A stretch of DNA of 64,000 nucleotides, from NCBI RefSeq assembly GCF_001194135.2, contig NC_068982.1, forward strand, positions 123,854,297-123,918,296, in the 5' to 3' direction. A program made the translations under genes and the position numbers. Each line of letters begins with the position of its first letter. The stretch's first letter is position 1. The stretch is from Octopus bimaculoides. Lineage: Eukaryota. Shown here piece by piece: positions 61,901-64,000 of this stretch. Under the pieces are notes generated by a model, which was not told the origin of the DNA, searched no databases, and saw only the letters and a program-made list of their open reading frames with translations.

Positions 61901-63921
61901 CCAAAAAAAACAGTTATTGTTATATACAGTTTTATACATAGTTGCCACTGTTGTCCAGAGCCCCTTTGAACAGGGGAGAGGTGGGCAGTTGAATGACATC
62001 TTGTGGTAGCTTGTTCCACGGGGCTGCAATACAGACGGAGAATGCGGCTTCCCGCCTGTTGAGTTGGAAGTGTCGGGGATAGAGTTTGCGATCATGCCCA
62101 CGAAAACCTCTATCCATTGATAATCGCATATATTTGTTATTATCCAACTATTAGCTATTGCTACATAGAATATTCTGAATCACCTTTCCCTAATGATTTT
62201 TCAATTTTCACATGGATGTAGTGAATAAAGCTTACATAACAGCAAACCCAAGAGTTTTATAGTCTACAAAATGTAGCCTTTAACATGTTTAATATATTCG
62301 TGAATAATAAGTTAGCCTAAGATGCACAAGGTCATGTAAAAAAAGTTAATCTTTTCTCTTTTACTTTTTTTTTTACTTATAAAAAATTCTTGGTTTTATT
62401 CTTTCCTCTAGTTCCACCAAAAATCGATCGCACTGATATCCATACTAAGTTGAAAATAATAAAAGGTCATTCTGTAACTATCAGTTGTCCAGTGACAGGC
62501 ATTCCAATGCCTGAAATCAAATGGCTAAAAGATCATGAAGATTTTATTCCAGATCCACTTGATCTGCGTGTATTAATTCTTTCAAAAGGAATGCAAATAA
62601 AGATAAGCAATGCAAGTGAAACTGATAGTGCTTATTACTCTTGTATAGCAGAAAATCCATCTGGATCGGACCTGGAGCATTTTGATCTGGATGTACTTGG
62701 TAAATATACTTACAATACATAACCATCTAATAGTTTAACATTTTTCTTTTTCAAATGAAAATGGCAATATTTTGTTTTTGTATTTGGTTTGCAAGATTCT
62801 TGATATGAACTCATATAGCAAACTTTGTTACATCTCAAGAACCAGTGCATGTATTTATAATACATGCACTAGTTCTATATTCATTTCTTTATTTTTATAA
62901 GTCAGTTGATTAACCATTTAACTAATTGATTGTTTTGACTAATCATTTGGTCAATCAATCAGCTAGATTTGTCAAAGTCCTTTCATAACCTCTGCAAGTG
63001 TAGAGAGGGTATGTTGTTGATGAGGTTGCAAATGGCAACAAAAGAACTTTGACAGACCTAGTTGATTGATTGATTGATTAACTGAATGGTTAATCAGACA
63101 ACTGAGTATTTAATTGGTTAAACAGTTAACCAATTGACAAGTGAAAATAAAGAAGTGAAATGGAACCAGTGCATATGTTTATTTTTCTCAAAATAACCCT
63201 TTCAAGACACAATAAGACAGTAGTTTCATATAAATATAGTATTGGTTACTTAAAATTCTTTCAAAAATAAAAAAAAATACCAGAAGGGTTTTTTTTTTTT
63301 AATTTTAATTTGTAATTGAATCTACTATCTCTTGAACTACTCTTTGGGTGTTCTACCAACTCAGCTATTTTGTCAAAGTTTAGGAAACACTCTTTTCCAA
63401 TGAAAACATAAACTAAAAAGATAGCATCAAAATTTTTCTTCTTTGATTTTCCTTTATTTCTTCATTCAGATCTTCTAAATTCAGATGTAAATGTTAAAAT
63501 CAGTGTAACCCAATCCTTAATGTATGCTACTAACATTACACTTTGCATTACATTTGGATTAAATGTTAAGCAATTGATTGTATATAACTGTTTTTGTTCG
63601 TATGTCATTTTCTATAACAACTAACTTCTCTCTTTGTAGTTCCACCCAGTATTGATGAATCAAATATAGTTTACCATCCCAGAGTAGTTCTAAACAGAAC
63701 TTTAATCTTAGAATGTCCAGTTTCTGGTGTTCCAAAACCATCCATTAAATGGATGTTTAATTCAATTCCATTTGAATACATTCCAAATGGTGTTCAACTC
63801 AAACATGAAGCAAGGATGTTGATGATCACTCATACAAAACCTAGCCATGCTGGAAAGTATAGCTGTGTGGCCAAAAATGATGCAGGAGAACTTCAGAGAA
63901 ACTTTGATCTGGAAGTGTTTG
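14351..63921 (+). CDS. HMCN1: Hemicentin-1-like gene, partial (22 exons, 18 I-set Ig domains; 5' and 3' parts outside the window or not visible)
   Basis: Exons splice in frame with AG acceptors and GT donors (one GC). Peptides TGTDDMGYRFQRITPTAIS, LRYI-EAP, CVAINEAG and AQNQFG...ITGIVKP follow, in order, the post-vWA region and first Ig domains of vertebrate hemicentin-1 as I recall them. Each domain has C...W...D-x-G/A-x-Y-x-C. Confidence 0.9.
15866..16081 (+). mobile_element. piggyBac-type MITE, family 1, older copy
   Basis: Starts CCCTTTAGCATTCAGATTACTCTGTCAAATG, same body, ends AAGGG; flanks degenerate. Confidence 0.7.
16330..16730 (+). mobile_element. RTE LINE 3' remnant, Expander/Rex3-like
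   Basis: Degenerate SEIRESLQAKLLFLCTERSQL ... RPRMRWLDNIHSLSWSHL ... ASDR followed by a (GGAT)n tail. Confidence 0.65.
16985..17106 (+). CDS. HMCN1: Hemicentin exon B (second half of Ig1)
   Basis: acag|A TAT TCT; KYSGNITFQIPEAQQDNEGTYSCKAENVAGTNTAYTMLDIS; G|gtatgt. Missed by the ORF track. Confidence 0.92.
18440..18858 (+). mobile_element. Short RTE 3'-UTR/tail copy
   Basis: Shares AAAAGCACCCACTACACTC...AGGAAGGGCATCCA...CCAACCCATGCTAGCATGGAAAG...(GAT)n with 45416-45977. Similar copies lie near 3615-3942(+), 9330-9760(-), 12955-13280(-), 25318-25640(+), 37250-37450(-), 43055-43275(+), 47690-47805(+), 53425-53670(+), 57165-57370(-). Confidence 0.85.
19807..19993 (+). CDS. HMCN1: Hemicentin exon C (first half of Ig2)
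   Basis: poly-T then ccag|AA CCT; EPPPTVIVNANMSAKRGHNKMITCKVYSTAPNYTVTWFKIG...NGTLLIR; AG|gtatca. Confidence 0.92.
20571..20784 (+). mobile_element. piggyBac-type MITE, family 1
   Basis: TTAA-CCCTTTAG...CTAAAGGG-TTAA, 214 bp. Confidence 0.8.
20951..21042 (+). CDS. HMCN1: Hemicentin exon D (second half of Ig2)
   Basis: aatag|G AAT; NIDQHDEGIYTCEAQNEGGISRNNTYLRIQ; G|gtaagc. Confidence 0.92.
21380..21611 (-). mobile_element. tRNA-derived SINE family B, young CpG-rich copy
   Basis: Head GGTGGTGAGCTGGCAGAAACATTAGCACGCCGGGCG, B-box-like GAGTTCAAATTCC, core GTCGACTTTGCCTTTCATCCTTTCGGGGTCGATAAATTAAGTAC. Other copies near 23450-23670, 35760-35990, 41062-41278, 49886-50095, 53697-53895 (+) and 48370-48540 (-). 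Confidence 0.8.
23711..23977 (+). CDS. HMCN1: Hemicentin exon E (Ig3)
   Basis: gacag|AA ACT CCA; ETPKATVIPEVKNF...ISCFSTGFPKPTIYW...DAGHYECSAVNAAG...LRYI; G|gtaaaa. Confidence 0.93.
26270..26394 (+). CDS. HMCN1: Hemicentin exon F (first half of Ig4)
   Basis: tttag|AG GCA CCA; EAPHIVWSNKRLLVASGDSSTMSCKAEGIPRPEIKWFRGSTK; AAG|gtataa, phase 0. Confidence 0.92.
27123..27267 (+). CDS. HMCN1: Hemicentin exon G (second half of Ig4)
   Basis: tttag|CTG GAG; LEGLPYININENGELNIMGTQESDAGNYTCVAINEAGEDSDQIVLQVG; T|gtaagt. Confidence 0.93.
27310..27515 (-). mobile_element. piggyBac-type MITE, family 1, reverse orientation
   Basis: TTAA TSDs, 11-bp perfect TIR CCCTTTAGCAT/ATGCTAAAGGG, body is the reverse complement of the 20571 copy. 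Confidence 0.82.
27993..28175 (+). CDS. HMCN1: Hemicentin exon H (first part of Ig5)
   Basis: gtag|CA AAA CCA; SKPTFTQRPIDMTAEIEKNVTIPCEATGLPKPTILW...SGSIFII; G|gtatgg. Confidence 0.92.
28609..28968. repeat. About 360-bp imperfect hairpin (about 173-bp arms, 17-nt loop), Penelope inverted-pLTR-like
   Basis: 28609-28781 is the reverse complement of 28799-28968, with long exact blocks such as GCTGTGATTTGTCATGGTGGAGAATACTCTCTC / GAGAGAGTATTCTCCACCATGACAAATCACAGC. Confidence 0.9.
29957..30052 (+). CDS. HMCN1: Hemicentin exon I (end of Ig5; GC donor)
   Basis: cttag|GA GCC; GAIVEDQGIYTCSAQNQFGLAESSASLSITGI; donor G|gcaagc. Confidence 0.88.
30576..30799. mobile_element. piggyBac-type MITE, family 2
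   Basis: TTAA-CCCTTTCGTTAC...GTAACAAAAGGG-TTAA (11/12 TIR), 224 bp, different interior from family 1. Confidence 0.8.
31021..31277 (+). mobile_element. Helentron-associated HINE (DINE-1-like)
   Basis: Starts ATAACAAGAG, carries AAAGTTTCATCCAAATCC and TTGAGATATC motifs, an (ACAA)n microsatellite and a 3' hairpin TACCTCC-ACCTT-CGCC-AAGGC-GGAGGTA. Confidence 0.65.
31751..32014 (+). CDS. HMCN1: Hemicentin exon J (Ig6)
   Basis: gacag|TA AAA CCA; VKPVIAY...LQCDVILGKPSPSIIW...DDGEYVCLASNIGG...VDVH; T|gtaagt. Confidence 0.93.
32058..32286. repeat. Fold-back made of two RTE tails in opposite orientation
   Basis: (CAT)n...TTTAATGTCC...GCTGGCATGGGCTGGACAG versus CCGTCCAACCCATGCCAGCATGG...TTAAAT(GAT)n. 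Confidence 0.75.
35256..35531 (+). CDS. HMCN1: Hemicentin exon K (Ig7)
   Basis: poly-T cag|CT CCT CCA; SPPVFTANVPENY...LSCQTEGTPRPINIW...DTATYKCTASNNAG...VFVQ; A|gtaagt. Not in the reading frame shown by the ORF track. Confidence 0.93.
36904..37176 (+). CDS. HMCN1: Hemicentin exon L (Ig8)
   Basis: ctag|TG TTG CCA; LPEIVDG...LHCKANGIPKPEITW...DQAIYECIARNSAG...IVL; G|gtatgt. Confidence 0.92.
38711..39995 (+). mobile_element. Decayed Tc1-family transposon with DD36E transposase; left end lost in the gap
   Basis: HTH region (AEMFGVSRSTVSKV, SGRKPKLS), FPDES, VKHGGGSVMIW, FQDDNA, WPPQSPDLNIIE; stop at 38878-38880 and a frameshift near 39250; right TIR (reverse complement CAGGAGTTGGACAAAATAATGGAAACACC) followed by TA. 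Confidence 0.92.
39518..39757 (+). mobile_element. Monomeric tRNA-headed, hammerhead-bearing element inserted in the Tc1 transposase
   Basis: A box (T)GGTGTAGTGG overlapping the left TSD, B box GAGTTCAATTCC, (AAT)n, hammerhead at 39665-39710 (G12 changed to A); direct repeat ATTTATGGTG at 39508-39517 and 39758-39767. Confidence 0.88.
41832..42110 (+). CDS. HMCN1: Hemicentin exon M (Ig9)
   Basis: ttcag|AA CCA CCA; EPPRVLRP...LRCEVIGAPLPEVEW...DAGTYTCTAENPAG...LEIF; A|gtaagt. Confidence 0.93.
43945..44245 (+). mobile_element. tRNA-derived SINE family C
   Basis: A box TGGCTTAGTGG, B box GGTTCAATTCC, core GTCCTTGAGCAAGACACT...CTCCAGTTCACTCAGCTG. Other copies near 530-780, 48910-49030, 60362-60560 (+) and 15165-15435, 19065-19235, 54100-54375 (-). 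Confidence 0.78.
44298..44416. repeat. Degenerate minisatellite with core AAGTATTGAGTT
   Basis: About seven imperfect TATTGAGTT cores. Confidence 0.65.
44555..45250 (-). mobile_element. RTE-tail element with long purine-rich extension (related copy about 57655-58210)
   Basis: Minus-strand family tail joined through GTAACTTGCAAG to a purine-rich block in both copies. Confidence 0.55.
45416..45977 (+). mobile_element. Young 5'-truncated RTE LINE 3' end nested in a SINE
   Basis: C-terminus VEGTRGRGRPRKTWAEVVRQDLRTLGLTEAMTTDRDLWK, CpG-rich 3' UTR with a 115-bp duplication, (GAT)n tail; ATTCCG repeats at 45410-45415 and 45978-45983. Confidence 0.88.
46261..46536 (+). CDS. HMCN1: Hemicentin exon N (Ig10)
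   Basis: tttag|CT CCA CCA; PPKLPK...LPCPASGKPKPAITW...HNGVYKCIASNTAG...RVL; C|gtaagt. Confidence 0.93.
47181..47489 (+). CDS. HMCN1: Hemicentin exon O (Ig11)
   Basis: tacag|TA CCA CCA; PPTLDSMAF...LQCPVNADPPPLVSW...DSARYKCLAVNIAG...LEVH; G|gtaaaa. Confidence 0.93.
48567..48792. mobile_element. Truncated fold-back dimer of the same hammerhead element (no tRNA head)
   Basis: Inverted arms around the centre GAAATGAGAACC-CA-GGTTCTCATTTC (48692-48717); hammerhead remnant 48644-48686 on minus; flanked by AATATAAATTCA at 48555-48566 and 48793-48804. Confidence 0.85.
49298..49585 (+). CDS. HMCN1: Hemicentin exon P (Ig12)
   Basis: tccag|TG CCA CCA; VPPQINL...IDCPVMGIPLPTVKW...DKGQYRCVATNEAG...VNIN; G|gtaagt. 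Confidence 0.93.
51916..52197 (+). CDS. HMCN1: Hemicentin exon Q (Ig13)
   Basis: tacag|TT CCA CCA; VPPRIKDS...LLCQASGIPPPKITW...DRARYMCNAKNTVG...VVVL; A|gtgagt. Confidence 0.93.
52814..53095 (+). CDS. HMCN1: Hemicentin exon R (Ig14)
   Basis: tgtag|TT CCT GCA; PAYIETE...LNCVARGVPKVKLRW...DSGIYTCTATNKVG...LSVY; G|gtatgt. Confidence 0.93.
54532..54813 (+). CDS. HMCN1: Hemicentin exon S (Ig15)
   Basis: aatag|CT CCT GCA; APASINAL...LHCPAFGVPFPRIVW...DAGFYTCTAINEAG...LQVS; A|gtaagt. Confidence 0.93.
57232..57285. repeat. 15-bp tandem repeat inside an RTE-tail copy
   Basis: TGACAGGAGCTGACC x3.6. Confidence 0.9.
57380..57632 (+). mobile_element. Penelope-like terminal repeat fragment with hammerhead-like motif
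   Basis: TTT-CTGTGGA-A-GAGC-GTAG-GCTC-GAAACATT-AAA at 57504-57537. Confidence 0.5.
60669..60953 (+). CDS. HMCN1: Hemicentin exon T (Ig16)
   Basis: tatag|TA CCA CCA; PPYISEG...IHCPASGIPEPTIKW...DKAIYTCIATNIAG...FAVW; G|gtaaga. Confidence 0.93.
61945..62130 (-). mobile_element. CR1/L2-type LINE C-terminal remnant
   Basis: RGHDRKLYPRHFQLNRREAAFSVCIAAPWNKLPQDVIQLPTSPLFKGALD matches the RGH..KL...WN.LP...FK..LD pattern. Confidence 0.75.
62412..62699 (+). CDS. HMCN1: Hemicentin exon U (Ig17)
   Basis: ctag|TT CCA CCA; VPPKIDRT...ISCPVTGIPMPEIKW...DSAYYSCIAENPSG...LDVL; G|gtaaat. Confidence 0.93.
63640..63921 (+). CDS. HMCN1: Hemicentin exon V (Ig18)
   Basis: tgtag|TT CCA CCC; VPPSIDESNIVYHPRVVLNRTLILECPVSGVPKPSIKW...HAGKYSCVAKNDAG...LEVF; G|gtaagt. 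Missed by the ORF track. Confidence 0.93.
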
Positions 63922-63955
63922 GTAAGTAAAATTTAATTAGAAAAATTAATTTTAA

Positions 63956-64000
63956 TCCTTTAGCATTCAGATTATCTCTCAAATGTATTGCTTATTTATC
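63956..64000 (+). mobile_element. Start of a piggyBac-type MITE, family 1 (cut by window edge)
   Basis: TTAA-TCCTTTAGCATTCAGATTA matches the family left end. Confidence 0.6.

Overview
AT-rich, gapped (N-containing) animal genomic DNA. The repeat families look like those of a coleoid cephalopod, most likely Octopus (inference, not a database hit). The only host gene is on the + strand: 22 hand-spliced exons (14351-63921, 5101 nt, 1700 codons plus 1 nt, no stops across any junction) encoding the end of the N-terminal region and 18 consecutive I-set Ig domains of a hemicentin (HMCN1-like). The gene runs off the right edge, its vWA-region exons are not visible, and one intron uses a GC donor. Introns hold tRNA-derived SINEs, RTE and CR1/L2 LINE 3' ends, mariner and piggyBac MITEs, a Helentron-type HINE and a decayed DD36E Tc1 element. 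The most unusual signal is a short non-coding element joining a tRNA-like Pol III promoter, an (AAT)n linker and a minimal type I hammerhead ribozyme. It occurs as three insertions, each bounded by its own 9-12 bp direct repeat; two of them are fold-back inverted dimers apparently inserted as single units. Other degenerate hammerhead-like, Penelope-type motifs and a 360-bp hairpin are also present. Exon, TSD and hammerhead coordinates were counted by hand; other repeat boundaries are approximate.
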